This document shows, one piece after another, positions 1 through 13,010 of a stretch of DNA of 64,000 bases. The notes beneath the pieces were generated by a model. That model searched no databases. It saw only the letters and a list, made by a program, of their open reading frames with translations, and was not told the origin of the DNA. The first letter of the stretch is position 1. The number at the start of each line of letters is the position of its first letter. The position numbers and the translations under genes are program-made. The stretch comes from the human T2T-CHM13v2.0 reference genome, Homo sapiens: assembly GCF_009914755.1 (NCBI RefSeq), contig NC_060933.1; one strand, written 5' to 3'.

Positions 1-330
1 TAGAATAATATTAACAGCAATAAAAAGTACTGATTGACTAGTAAAAATTACTATATATTAATCATTAAAGACACTAAGCTAAGCAAAAGAAGTCAGGCAC
101 ACACAAGTAAGTACAGGGTAATTTTATGTGTATAAAATTTTAGAATTGACAAAAATATATAGTGATACAAAGAAAAACATTTTTCATATAATGGAAGTTT
201 TCAGCAATCATGCAAAAGGACAACAGAGAAATATGAGCATAACAAAAACGTTCTATATTTTGATTCTGTTGTGTGCTTTTCTCAAAATTTATCAACCATT
301 CAATGCATCTAAATGAGTGTATCTTATGTA
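1..330 (+). mobile_element. Old L1 (L1M/L1ME-like) 3' fragment
   Basis: 'ctaagcaaaagaagtcaggcacac...tataaaattttagaattgacaaaa' resembles the mammalian-wide L1 ORF2-end/3'UTR motif; highly diverged. Confidence 0.5.
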
Positions 331-674
331 AAATATACTGTAATAGTAATTTGACCAGGATCCATATTGACGCACATAGATTAAAATTCCGAATAAAATG
401 ATTTCTGAGTCTGTATTGATTGCAGATAAATAAAGAGAAAGACAAGTATGCTATAAACAAATCCTTTTCTAACAATAGAATACTGACTAAAACATACAAA
501 ATAGATTATAAATTGGAAAATTACTATTTTAGAATGAAGGCAGTAAATTTCATTCCGGTGAAAATTATCAATAGATGATAAAACCATAGAGTGGAAAGGT
601 TATTGAGGAACAGGAGATTTACAGTCTCCAGTAGCACCCCCACAGTAACTAAATGGTGGAGGAATCATAAAATA

Positions 675-1513
675 CAATAGCGCCCTTTATCTGTGTTTTC
701 AGTTTCTGCAGTTTCAGTTAAGTGTGGTCAACAGTAGTCAAAAAATATTAAATAAAAATTCCAAAAACAAACAATCCATACTGGCACAATGGCTCATGCC
801 TTTAATCCCAGCACTTTGGGAGGCTGAGGCAGAGAATTGCTTCAGGCCAGGAGTTCAAGACACCAGCCTGGGTAACATAGTGAGACTCTATCTCTACAAA
901 AGTTAAATTAGCTGGGTGTGATGGTGTGAGCCTGCTGTCCCAGCTACTCAGGAGGCTGAAGCAGGAGGATCACCTGAGCCCAGGAGTTGGATGCTGCAGT
1001 GAGCTATGATCACACCATTGCACTCCAGCCTCGGTGACACAGTGAGACACTCTGAGACACTGTCTCTAAAAAACAAACAAACAAACAAAACATAAATTGC
1101 CCTTCTGAGTCGCATAATGAAATCTTGCTTTATCCTGCTCTGTCCTGCCCGGGTGATGAATCCTCCGATTTGTTCAGCATATCTGTGCTGTATAGTCTAC
1201 CTGCCTGTCTGCCCGTTAGTCACTTAGCAGTCATCTTGGTGATCAAATCAACTTTTCATTTACTTGTGTTCAAGTTTTACTTAATAAGGGCTGCATGTGC
1301 AAGAGCAGTGATCCTGGCACATTTTTATAATTCTTCTATTTTATTGTTAGATGTTTTTAATGTCTTACTGTGTCTAGTTTATAAATTAAACTTTACCATA
1401 GGTATAAATGTTAAGGAAAAAAACACAGTATATATAGGGTTTCATTGTATCCATTTCAGGCATGCACTGGGGGTCTTGGAACATATCTTCAGTGGATAAG
1501 GGGGGGACTACTG
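675..1513 (+). mobile_element. MER44 (Tigger-family non-autonomous DNA transposon), interrupted by an Alu
   Basis: Decayed terminal inverted repeats 'caatagcgccctttatc' (675) and 'ggataagggggggactactg' (ends 1513), TA before the left end, internal 'aaaatattaaataaaaattcca' and 'gcccgttagtcacttag'. Confidence 0.85.
781..1090 (+). mobile_element. AluJ
   Basis: Dimeric Alu with J-type motifs 'ggaggatcacctgagcccaggagt' and 'gctgcagtgagctatgat'; (aaac)n tail. Confidence 0.95.
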
Positions 1514-1526
1514 TTCCATAACAAAG

Positions 1527-2095
1527 TGTGGTGAATAGACTCTTAGATGGTGCCTAGTTATACCCTCCTCCTCATAGTTATGTCATGTGTAACTCCATCT
1601 CTTCAAGTGTGGGCAGCATCTGCCATTTAAATCAATAAAATAGAGTAAACTAGGTTATGGACACCACTTACAATATTATATTACATAAAGTTGTAATCCA
1701 TCTTGCTAGTAGACTCTTTTCCTTCTTGGTTTTGATGAAGCAAGCTGCTGTGTTATTGGTTACCCTATTAAGAGTTCCATGTAGCTGACAGAGGTCTCAG
1801 ACCTTCAACCAGCAAGAAATTGGGGCCTTCAGTCCTATTGCCTGCAAGGGACTGAATTCTTCCAATAACCATATGAGCTTTAAGGAAGATCCTTTTTTGC
1901 AGTTGAGCCTTGAAAGCATACTACGGCCTTGACCAATGCCTTGATTGCACTAATGAGAGATTCAGAAAGAAAGGACTCTGTTGAGCCATGCCAAGGCTCT
2001 TGGCCCAATGAAGCTGTCACATAGTAAATGTGTTATGCATTTTAAGCATATAATTTTGTGGCCATATGGTTATGCAATAACGGATAATTATTACA
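1527..2095 (+). mobile_element. MLT1 (MaLR) solo LTR
   Basis: TG...CA ends (tgtggtg / attattaca); 'gaactgaattc-like, aaccatatgagctt, cagttgagcct' and 3' 'tttaagc...ttgtgg...gttatgca' motifs. Confidence 0.8.
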
Positions 2096-3789
2096 TCAAG
2101 CAATCAAAATCAACATCACCAATAAGAGTAAGTAAAAATCATATATTATCAGATGTCATACTCGAAAAAAAGATATAATATCATTTATAGAATGTCTCAT
2201 CCCAGATGCCTAACTTGAATCCATTTATTGGGAAATATCAGAAATAGCCAACTTGAGGTATAATATATTAAAAAATTGGTTATATTATTTTTGAAAATAT
2301 CAATTGCATGAAAGACAAATATGAAGAACTGCTCAAGGTTAAAGAAAATAAACAGACATGACAGCTGAATACAATTTGTAACCCTAGATTAGATCTTGTA
2401 CTGGAAAATAAGTAACTATAAGGAATATCGCTGGGACAATTGATAAAATTGGCATATTCAACATAGAGCAGAAAAAAAGTGTATTGATATTAAATTTCTT
2501 GAATTTGACAACTGTATTGTGGATCAATACAGTTGTGTAATCAAACAATCTTAGTCTTGGAAAATGCATGCTGAAATATTTTAGGTTTATAAAACTATTA
2601 TATGATTTTAAATAGAGGATGGTAAACCAAACATGGAAAATGTTAAAAAATGAATAAATCCGTACAATGAATATTCAGTCCTCTTGTTTAATTCTTGCAC
2701 ACTTTCTGTATGTTTAAAATTATTTTAGGATTATAAAAATAATTATAAATAGGCATTTACTTCTTCCTCAACATATTGTATTACATTTAGAAAACTACTA
2801 GAATTTACAGTTTCTCAGGATATAACCAAGAGACTGTCACATTTTGACCCCTATGTATATTTAGTGAAAAATACACAAACTATTAATGCCTTTTAGCTTC
2901 TACTAGCTTGCAGAAATCTTGACATGTAAAGGCAGGAAAAAATGTAATTTTTCTCCATTTATAGTTTAGAAAGTATCCTTATACATTTCATCAAAAGCTA
3001 ATTAAAATTCCATGCCACTGATAAAAAGAGCATGAACATCAAATTTAGCAAAGGTAGACAAATCACTGGAACACTGGGAATTGATTGAGGGGGAAAAACT
3101 TGAATATTGCAGCGAAACTAGGCCATCTATTCACTTCAACAGGAATTGATTGCTCACAATTTATCTGCAAGGCTGCCTCCGAAAAGAGGGGGAAAGCCAC
3201 AGTATCATTTTCATCATCATACAATTATTTACATGTTAATTGGTAATTAAGGGTGAAAATATGAGTAGCACTGAAAAGTACAAAGGGAAGGATCAAAATG
3301 GGATATGGAAAGAGGAAAAATTTACATGCATAGAAGGCACAAATAAACCATTTTCGCCTTAAAACCTCTGTTTCTCTAATCCCTGGACTGAAAATAAAAG
3401 TAATTGGATTTTGCGAAGTTACCATTGCTCCTCTCTAGTAATTACAGTGAAAGTTAAAGTTTTGAAGCTTATATACACTCTAAATTATTTTTCTCTACAA
3501 TTTCCAAAATGTTATTTTATGACACAGCAACTTCAAAATCAAAAGAATGTTTAAAAATTGTTGGCAGGTAAGATGGCTCAAGAGATTTGTAATAGGTTAT
3601 ACACTGCCTTTGATTTCTAGGTCATTGCTTTAAATCCATTCTACTTAATGACTATTGGCCATCAAAGTGAAATGAACTGGTGCGCTTAGTGGAGTTCCAC
3701 AGTTGTTTGTATTATATACTACTTTTTCCAGTTTGTAGGTAAATAGAAGCTATAGTCACCCCTTTGCCTCAGCAAGCAAGTTAAGAGGT

Positions 3790-4160
3790 TCAAGTTAAGA
3801 GTGCATAGGTTTAAAATTGAGATGCGATCACTTTTGACTGTGTGATGATCAACAACTAGCTTGCCGCCTTTTAGCCTTGATTTTTCTATTTCTTAAATGT
3901 ATACATAAATGAGTGTGTCTAATAAAATAATATTGTCTACCTCACTGAATTGTTTTATTAAATGTATAGTTTATGTGTCTATAGCAATAAAACATACTGA
4001 GGGCCTACTAAGGGAAAGATACCACAGTTCACACTATTTAATTTAATTTTATGTAATGCTTATAAGTCACTTGTGAGGTAGTTATTCTTATTTTTAAACT
4101 AAATGTTAGAACAGCCTCAGAAGACAATATACACCTGCCCTAAGTCATGTAGCTTTGAAA
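3790..4160. mobile_element. MIR fragments (opposite orientations)
   Basis: Degenerate MIR core 'tgtgtgat...gccttgatttttctatttcttaaatg...tacctcactgaattgtt' followed by a reverse-oriented piece. Confidence 0.45.
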
Positions 4161-4177
4161 CTGTCCTAAAGCTGAAA

Positions 4178-4690
4178 ATCATTCATTTAATCATAAATTA
4201 ACAAACATAAAGAAATATGAATACTAAATATAAATAAATATAATGAACAAATATAAATAAATAATTTTTATTTTTGTTAATCAAAAATTAACAAATATAA
4301 TCATAAATTAACAAATATAAATAAATATAACAAATATAATAACAAATATAAGTAACCCTCGCTTGTGTCAACTACAGTCTAATACACTGAAGACACAGTG
4401 AAGGGAAAAAGAAATAGAGACCGACGCCTCCAGAGCTAATATTTAGAAGGCAAAGCAGAAAATAAACACACATATTAATAATAACATTTCAGATACTAAT
4501 AATACTATAAAGAAATATAAATTAGTGAAAAGGGAGTGAAGTGGTATATTTTGCATGGATTTACCCAGAAAAGACTCTAGAGAAGGTGACATTGAAGCAG
4601 AGACCTGAATAATGGAAGGAACCCTGTGGCACAAATCTGATCTGAGAGCCCAAGAGCTTTTCCATCAGTAGGAAGTGTAAAGTTTTACGG
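4178..4690 (-). mobile_element. L2 3' end with internal AT-rich tandem expansion (4187-4350)
   Basis: 'attcatttaatc...', 'atttcagatactaataatactataaag', 'gaaggtgacattgaagcagagacctgaat' match antisense L2a; repeated 'aacaaatataa' units. Confidence 0.7.
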
Positions 4691-5039
4691 CAGGAATGAT
4701 CTCTCATTTTCAAATGTAGAGCTCTGGATCTATTTTTATATCCATATAAGCTAAATGCTCCCAATAGTGAGACTCTTATAACCACTTTACTAAATGTTAA
4801 ACAAATTAATTGTTTTCCTCTCATAATATAATGATCAGCTATTTCTACCTGACGTATCAGGTATTTTGAGGACAACCAACAGTAAGCTACTAATTTGAGG
4901 AATTAAAAAGTTAAACATAGAAGAATTGGTAGATATTGAGAAACTAGTCATACACTGTGCATATATCAGAAGTAAATTAATATCATTTTTAGTATCATTA
5001 ATCTTATTTAATACCATTAATATCATAAAGTAATATGAT

Positions 5040-5590
5040 TGTTACTTTTACCTGGCACTGTGCTAAGAGACTTAGGAATATTATCTCATTGAATTACCAA
5101 ATAACCCTACAACATGTATATCACAACAGTATTAGGATCATGATTAAAATATTAATATTAAAATGAGTCATCCATTGTATATTACCTCATTTGACTCCCT
5201 TAACTAACAGCTCTCTCATAAATGTCATTATTGTCAGAAGCCAAGAAGAGAGAAGGCTTTCCCTTGCCTGCTTGTACTGATTATGTTTGTTACCACAAAA
5301 ACAAGTTCATAAACCCTTTGCACTATTTCTTAGTCAAATATTATTATATCTTGCTGGCTCATTCCTTACATATTCTCTTGGCCTACATTTGTGACTTACT
5401 TTGTACTTATCATGAGAATTCAGGAGCATTAAGTCAGAAAGAGAATAAACTAAAATGAACACCTACCACCTTACAGGGGGTTACTATTATTATCTTCATT
5501 TTACAGATAAGGACACTAATACACCATGGGATTCAACTTGTATCCCAGGAGCTGACTGTGTGTCTCCAAAAAGCATGCCATTAACTAATA
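5040..5590 (-). mobile_element. MIR in two pieces
   Basis: 'cctggcactgtgctaag...tattatctcattgaatt' and 'tattattatcttcattttacagataagga' separated by ~350 bp. Confidence 0.55.
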
Positions 5591-8500
5591 GGCTATTATA
5601 TCTCGGTCTCCACATATACATGTGAGGTTTCTCTTAAAGTTTGTTATAATTTTATTTGTATAAGATGTGGGGTAAGAGCCAGTGGGAGGCTTACTGTGTG
5701 ATCTGCCCTGATCTCTAAATTCAGGAGACGCTGTTTACCTTTCCTTTCACTGTCATTTATCTGGATCCAAATAGACATTTGTTAAAGTACAAAGCCTTTG
5801 GGTTGCTAAACTGTACATTCTGGTCAGGCTTCCAGTTCTGCTCCCAGGGCCTATATCACTGTGTTAAGATTGGGTTACAAATTTATTAAAATCCAATTTA
5901 GTTTTATCCATACCTCTTCACAAAGAGTTTTTTTAAATGTTCTTGTCTTGCCCCAATTTTAAAGACAGATGACTTGTCAAACTTGCAGAAATTGCCAGTA
6001 TAGATTATTTCATAACCCTAAAGGAAGAAGGAAGAAAAAGCAGGGCAGTCAAAGAACATGAAAATAGCCCTGGATTTGTAGCAAAATGGTCCTTAAGTTT
6101 AACTTGGCCTATGCCACTTACCTGCCATTGATTTGACCAAATTTCCTCCTTCTCTCTAAAGAAAAATAGTAGCTTTTTGTACAATATACCTGGTTGCTAT
6201 GAGGATTAACATCTCTGGGACATAGTAGGTGCTCATGAAATAGCACGCAGTTTAGCAGTGATGGAAATTGATAAATAATTCTCTTGTGGATATCTTTTAA
6301 TTTTAGAAAGCTGTATGACACATTTTAATATAGTACATTAATTGGCAGGTATCCTAGGAATTTGAAATATAACAATAATATGAAGAAAATTGTAAAGAAA
6401 GAAAGTTCTTTGTGACTCTAGAACATTCTAGCTGTAAATAAACTGTGAATACATGTCTATTCATTCTTCTCTCAAATAATTACTAGTTATCTATTCTCAG
6501 ATAATGTTCTACACGTTGGGGAAATAAAGATGAGTAATTCCAAAAAAGGCTGAATACATGCAATTCAATTCAATTAATTATTTGAAGAAATTAAGAAGAG
6601 ATCTGAATTTCATTTAGAAGTCTAGTACTTCAAATTCCGAAATTAGAATTATAAAGGAACCATTTTTTCCATCTAGAACAAGTTGGACAATTTGTGTATA
6701 AATAGTCTAGAGCCCAGAAATATACATTGTAATTTTATTTATGTTTCAAGCAAATTTAAGAATAAGAATGAGAAGAACAAAGAATAAGATTGGTGCTATT
6801 CCCATGGCCAACCATGAAGTTCCAAGGCTAGTATCTTTCAGTTTCATCCTTTCTGGCAGCAAGGCATATATGATTCAAACTGTTTAATGTTAAGAATATT
6901 CTAAAACTGATACTTATTATAATATTAAATAGACAATGTTTTGTTCTTTGTAAAGGAAAATAACATGGCATAAGATACTTTATGGAAAGCTCTCCAAATA
7001 ATTAAGTGGTCAAGTCATCCCTGTTATTGAGTGTAATTATGTTAGGAGGAAACATAATTACAGAACTATAGATTTTTTAATCAACAATATTTAATCTATC
7101 AGAAGAAAACCTAATGCTATGACAGATCAATTCTCAGAATATCAATGGACAAGTTAATTGCTCGGTTGACGACAGGATTCATTAGGCAGAAAAGCAATTT
7201 CTATGAAGCGTAAAATTTGGGAAACGAACTGTTTAATTTAATGAGCAAAATTGCTGTATAGAACATTCATGACTGATTCTATTATACAAGTACTAAGGTG
7301 AACATCAACTCTTATAATTTGTGATAACCACAGAATATCAGTGTATAACTTTCCTTGAAAGCCTTGTTGAAGTATTTTCATAAGTATTCTAGGGGGAAGA
7401 CATGAAATATTAAAAATAATAGTAATGAGATTAGTAAGCCATCACTCTTCTGAAAGAGCATTCCAATCAATCTTTGGAATGGAGGAACAAGCAATGCTAT
7501 ACTCATTATGCTCATGGAAAATTATGAGACAATGAGCTTAAGCAGCTTGCTCAAGGTCACAAAATAAAATAACTCCTGACACACAAATAGAATCCAATCT
7601 TCCAACGTCATGCCCAGAGATCTGTCTACTAATCCCCACCCCCTATAATACATAACTGTAGCTGTTAACTATTCTCAGTATTTATAACTGCTCCTCTGTC
7701 AAAGGAGATTATCCTTGTGCTATTATGTTTCAGTAGTATCTTTAAGTAGAATATAAATGTATTCTGTTTAAATCGGAGGATATGTTCCATATTTCCAGCT
7801 TGGTCAGTCTGATTTCAAATAAGAGATGAACTACAATATAGCAATTTTGTAAGTAGAAAAAGAGATAGTGCTGCTTTGTTATACCCAGAGTTGGTTTATC
7901 TTGTTGTAAATCCCTAGTTGTGTTGCCACAGCTTAATGTGATATTAAACTCCAATTCTTCTTAATATAATCTTTTTTTATACCACTGCATTTTTTTCCCA
8001 AGGTCTGCTGAAATTTTTCCGTTTGTTAGATTTTCTAATCATTTGGACTTTAGAAAACCTCAGGATACTCATTGTTAAAGTACAATAGGCTTTATTTGCT
8101 TTATCATAGAAGGACAATAGTTAGACTCCAGAGGAAAATGTAACAGAAGAGTACTTTTTATAACTGTCATAGACTTAAATACAAAATTATACATAGTACT
8201 TTTGTGCATCTCATTATACCCCAAATAGTAATAAAGGACATAATTACTGCCTAAGTTTTATATCAAGAATTGTTAAACTTACTGGCCCTTGTTTTCTATA
8301 AAACAGAGACAGGGTACTTTGTGACTTTCCTTGGAACAGTCTTGCAGTTTCTGGTTTTTTTCTGCACTTCAACAAGAGATATTTCAACAAGAGTAGCCAA
8401 AAATTTGGCTACTAACTCAGGTTTGGGTTGCTGTTGTTGTTTTTTAGAGTATAAGAAGAAATACAATATAAAAATTTTCTATAAAATGAAATATTCTGGT

Positions 8501-10229
8501 TTGCTAATTGGTGGAATATTATTTAGAATGTTAATTTAAGGACTTGCAATGCTGAATTTAAATGCCAGTTTACTCCTTCGTCAAAGGTAAAACGTGTTAA
8601 CAACAAAATTCTTTAATAAGGCAATAAAATATATAGTTAATGAGAATTTAAGGGATTGAAATCTAAGTAGTTTCAAGTTCTGTAGTCAACCAAATGATAG
8701 TGGGATGGAGTCTAACACAGACACTAGCAGAAAAGGAAAGGTAAATGCACATCACATAATATATCTTTTAGCTGACCTGGTTGTCACTGAGAACTTTCTG
8801 AAGGCAAAATCTTCGCTATTTCTTTTCAGTATCACAGCTGGAATAACAGCAATAATGGCCACCTAAGAATACCAGGAAAATACAAAATACCAGTTCACTG
8901 AGTAACACAAGGAAACAGACCTCTGCAGGTTGGGGGATATCAGTTGCTTTATGAAGGCCTAACCCTGATTCTAGTGGTTAGTCTGCTCTCCTACTCTTGC
9001 TGTCCTAGCATTTCCACATGAGAAGGCTCTGCTCTTTGATAACACACATCATGTTTTATCACCTCTCAATCAATATTCTCAAAGTGTAATGGTTTCTAAC
9101 TGTAGTTGGAAGTCTCCTCTTAACCCCAAAAGCATTAATGTAAATGTCACAACCCTATATTTATAAGTTTGAAAAACACTCTAGCAAATTAATTTTGTGG
9201 AATTTCCATTGCCTTAGGTTTCGTATTTCTGTTTTCTCAGCATTTCTGGGAAGAACTGAAAAGGAAATAAACCCCTTTTTATACAGCGTTTTATAAACTC
9301 TGAATAACAGAAAAGTCTATATAATAAAGTAAACTGCATATTTAGATGCTTAAAAATGTTAAGTGACTTCAGCCTGCAAAATCTGTTTTCTAAATCCATT
9401 GATAGTTTATTTCCATAGTGGAGCAGAAGTGACTTCAATGATAAGTTACTCCAAAAATCAAAGCTTAGGACTTCTCTTTCTTCTTCTCAATATTTTCAAA
9501 ATCATTTTCTCCCGTCTTGCCTTTAGGTGCTATGTCTTGACTGGTTTTCTTTACTTAACATCTATCTGAGAAAATGAATTATATGGTGGCAATCACTCAT
9601 CTAACCTATTTCTGATCAAGGCACTATCTTTTTCAAAAAGTCACAAATTAGTAGAAGAGAAATTCAATTTCTTTTTCCATAATTCCTTATGATATGTCTT
9701 TCCATTTCTCTTGGATATAGAAAAATAGGAAGTCCCTTTTAATCCTATTTAATCTTCCAGTGTTCTTGTCCTTCAGCCTTCCATTCCTTTTCCTAATGCT
9801 CTGCTGTAGAAAAGATGTTATATTATTTATTAAAAAGTACCAATAATAGTCATGTCATGCCTTAATTTTTACCTGTGCACACGACATACATTCTTATCTG
9901 ATTGTAGAAAAATCATCTCATAATTAAAGGCAACAAATAGTAAATAAATTGTCTTTAAAAGGTAGACATTTTACCACCTAAGTAAATTAGATATAATTAT
10001 CATCAGAATGAAAAGTAATATGCCCATTTTTATATTTGACCTCAATATCAATTCAAATAGCTTAAGTTATTACAGCAAAACTTAAGGAAGAAGAATACCA
10101 TTTATTATCTAGTCAACATAAAAAATAGGTGAGCAGCATTTCCTCTTCTAAGACTGCTATTGCTCATGGAATTATTACATTTATTGAGCCAGGATGTATC
10201 TTTCCTGTCCTGTTTTCATGAATTATAAT

Positions 10230-12347
10230 AATTAATATTGTTAAAATGTCCCTACTATCTAACGTGATGTTCAGATTCACCGAAATTCCTATGAAAATTC
10301 CAATATTTGTCACAAATATAGAAAAATATCCTAAAATGTATATAGAACCACAAAAGACCCTGCATAAACAAAATTATCTTTACCAAAAGGAACAAAGCTT
10401 GAGGTATCAGTCTACGGTATTTCAAAATCTATTACAAAATTATAGTAATCAAAGCAGCATGGTACTGGCATAAAAACAGACACATCAACCAATAGAATAG
10501 GATAGAAGGCCCAGAAATTAAACCTACACATCTACAGTCAACTGATTTTTGACAAAGGTACAAATAACAAACAACGGGAAGGGCACTCTCTTAAAAAAAA
10601 TGAGGTTGGGTAAACTGGGTATTCACATATAGATGATGAAAATGGAGCCTTATCTCACTCCTTATACAAAAGTGAATTCAAAACGGACTAAAGAATTGAT
10701 ATAGTTTGCATGTTTGTTCTTTCCAAATCTCATGTTGAAATGTAATTCCCTGTGTTAGAGGTAGGGCCTGGCGGGAGGTGTTTGGGTCATGTGGGTAGAT
10801 CCCTTGTGAGTGGCTCGTGGCTGTCCTCATGATGAGTGAGTTCTTGTTCCGTATTCCTGAAAGACCTGATTTTTTTAATAAGAATGTGGCACCCCACCCC
10901 TGCCTTGTTCGAGCTCTTGCCATGTTATATACCATCTCCCCTTCCCTCCCTCTATGATTGTAAGCTTCCTGTGGCTCTTCCCAGAAGCAGATGCTGGAGT
11001 CATGCTTATACAGCATGCAAAACTGTGAGCCAATTAAACCTATTTTACTTATACATTACCCAGTTTGGGGTATTTTTTACAGCAATGTAAAAATGGACTA
11101 ATAACTTTTAAATATAAGACCTGGAACTATAAAACTATTAGAAGAAAACATAGGAGAAAGGCTTCTTAATATTGGTCTGGGCAGTAATTTCATGAATATA
11201 ACCTGAAAAGCACAGGCATTGAAAACTGAAATAGATAAATGGGATTGCATCAAACTAAAACTCTTCTGCACAGAAAAGAAAAAGACTTATAGAGTGAAAT
11301 ACAACCCACAGATTGGGATAAAATATTTAACAAGCATAGATCAGATAAGAGGCTAATATTGTGAAATGTACGAGATACTCAAACTACTCAATAAAAATAA
11401 AACAAATCACCATATTAATTGGCAAGACATTAATTGGCATTAATGAGTAGACATCCCTCAAAAGAAGACATAAACATGACTAACAGATATATGAAAAAAA
11501 TGTTAACATCTCTAATCATCAGAGAAATGCAAATTAAAACCACAATGATATACCTATTAGATTGGCTATTATATTAAAGATCAAAGATAACAAGTGGTGG
11601 TGGGGATGTGGAGAAAAGGGAACCCTTATACACTGTTGATGGGATTGTAAATTAGTACAGCCATATGGACAATAGTACGGAGGTTTCTCAGAAATCTAAA
11701 AATAGAACTGCCATATGATACTCACTACTGGGTATATACCCAAAGGAATTGAGATCAGTATGTCGAAGAGATGTCTGCACTCCCATGTTCATTACAGCTT
11801 TATTCACAATAGCCCACATGTGGAAATAACCTAAGTGTTTATTAATGAATGATGATCAGATTTTTGAAGTGTGATAGATGTACAATGAATATTATTCATC
11901 TTTTTTAAAAGAGAACATTTTGTTCTTTGTGATAACATGAATAACTTAGAGGGCATTATATTAAGTGAAATAAGCCAGGCACAGAGAGACAAATACTGGG
12001 TGATCTCACTTATATGTGGAATCTGAGAAAGTGTACAGTAGAATGATGGTTACCAGAGGCCAAGATGGAGAGTGGATAGGGGCAGAAGAGACATTAGTCA
12101 ATGGGTACAAACCTTCAGTTAGATAGGAGGAATGTGTAGCATGGTGACTAAAGCTAATAATAATATATCAAATATTTCAAATAGCTAGGAAATGATTTTA
12201 AATGTTTTTACCACACAAAATTTGATAACTTGAGGTAATGGATATATTAATTAGCCTGATTTGATCATTCCACAATACCTACATGTATAAAAACATCACA
12301 TTGTACCCCATAAATGTATACAATTATTATTTGTCAATTAAAAATAA
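10230..12347 (+). mobile_element. 5'-truncated L1MA (L1MA6-8-like), ORF2 C-terminus plus 3'UTR
   Basis: ORF2 remnant, 'agcatggtactggcataaaaacagacac', 3'UTR ending 'catcacattgtaccccataaatgtatacaattattatttgtcaattaaaaataa'. Confidence 0.9.
10697..11104 (+). mobile_element. MST (MSTB-like) solo LTR inserted in the L1MA
   Basis: Starts 'tgatatagtttg...caaatctcatgttgaaatgtaat'; contains 'cccagaagcagatgctgg' and 'actgtgagccaattaaacc'; ends 'atggactaata'. Confidence 0.9.
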
Positions 12348-12599
12348 GCCTTTGAAAAGTATTATTTACATTATGCATCCTATAACTTAAATTGCTTTAC
12401 CATACTTAAATGTTTTTCATATTAGTTATACACAATATAAGTCAGATTATAATATAAACACCATTCAGTGACTTACAAACTATTGTCACTTCATCATCGT
12501 GTAGTTTGTACACTAATGGGTCACTAGCAGCCCAGAAATGAAGACAAAATGTATTTTCAGATGTTTTCATGCAACAGGACTGTTCCTCTATTGAGAAGA

Positions 12600-13010
12600 A
12601 AATGACAGTTTCATGGTTTGCAAAAATTATAATTTCAGCAGGAGACCTTCAAGCACCACTCAGAAAGAAATAGATACCTGTCTGTGTCTGTCCAGGATTC
12701 CAAATTGGAAGCCACTGATGAAAGAAGCAGAGATGGTTGAATCAGAAAGAGGCAGAAGTTGTGGCCACCAAATGTGGTTTCCAAGAAAAGCAATCATAGT
12801 GGAGCAACCTGCGGTTTTAGTCTCCTGTGGTGCCACTGTTTTCCTCAGCAGGCTAGTTTTGCAGCATGACTTTTGCCTCCATGTACTCTTTCTTCTCTTC
12901 TGAGACTGTCCCTTGATCTTCCCATGAGTTAAGTGATTTTTAAAAATAAGTCCTTTTAACAAATTTCTTCTCTACTTTGAAAAAGTATTTTTTAATTGTT
13001 TACAAACAAA
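12600..13010 (+). mobile_element. Possible ancient ERVL/MaLR LTR remnant
   Basis: 3' end 'aaatttcttctctacttt...ttgtttacaaacaaaa' resembles old LTR termini; family not resolved. Confidence 0.3.

Larger units (their letters stand above)
490..2740 (+). mobile_element. L1MC-like 3'UTR, split by MER44(+Alu) and MLT1 insertions
   Basis: 'agacatgacagctgaatacaat...ctgggacaattgataaaatt...aaatttcttgaatttgacaactgtattgtgg' resembles the L1MC4/5 3' end; pieces at ~490-674 and 2096-2740. Confidence 0.6.

Noticed and set aside
4187-4350. Repeated 'aacaaatataa' units resembling an array
   Set aside because: Irregular slippage expansion inside an L2 tail; no unique spacers.
8830-8928. Plus-strand exon-like segment (ttttcag|...gcag|gttggg)
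   Set aside because: Stops in all three frames and a weak donor; no other support.
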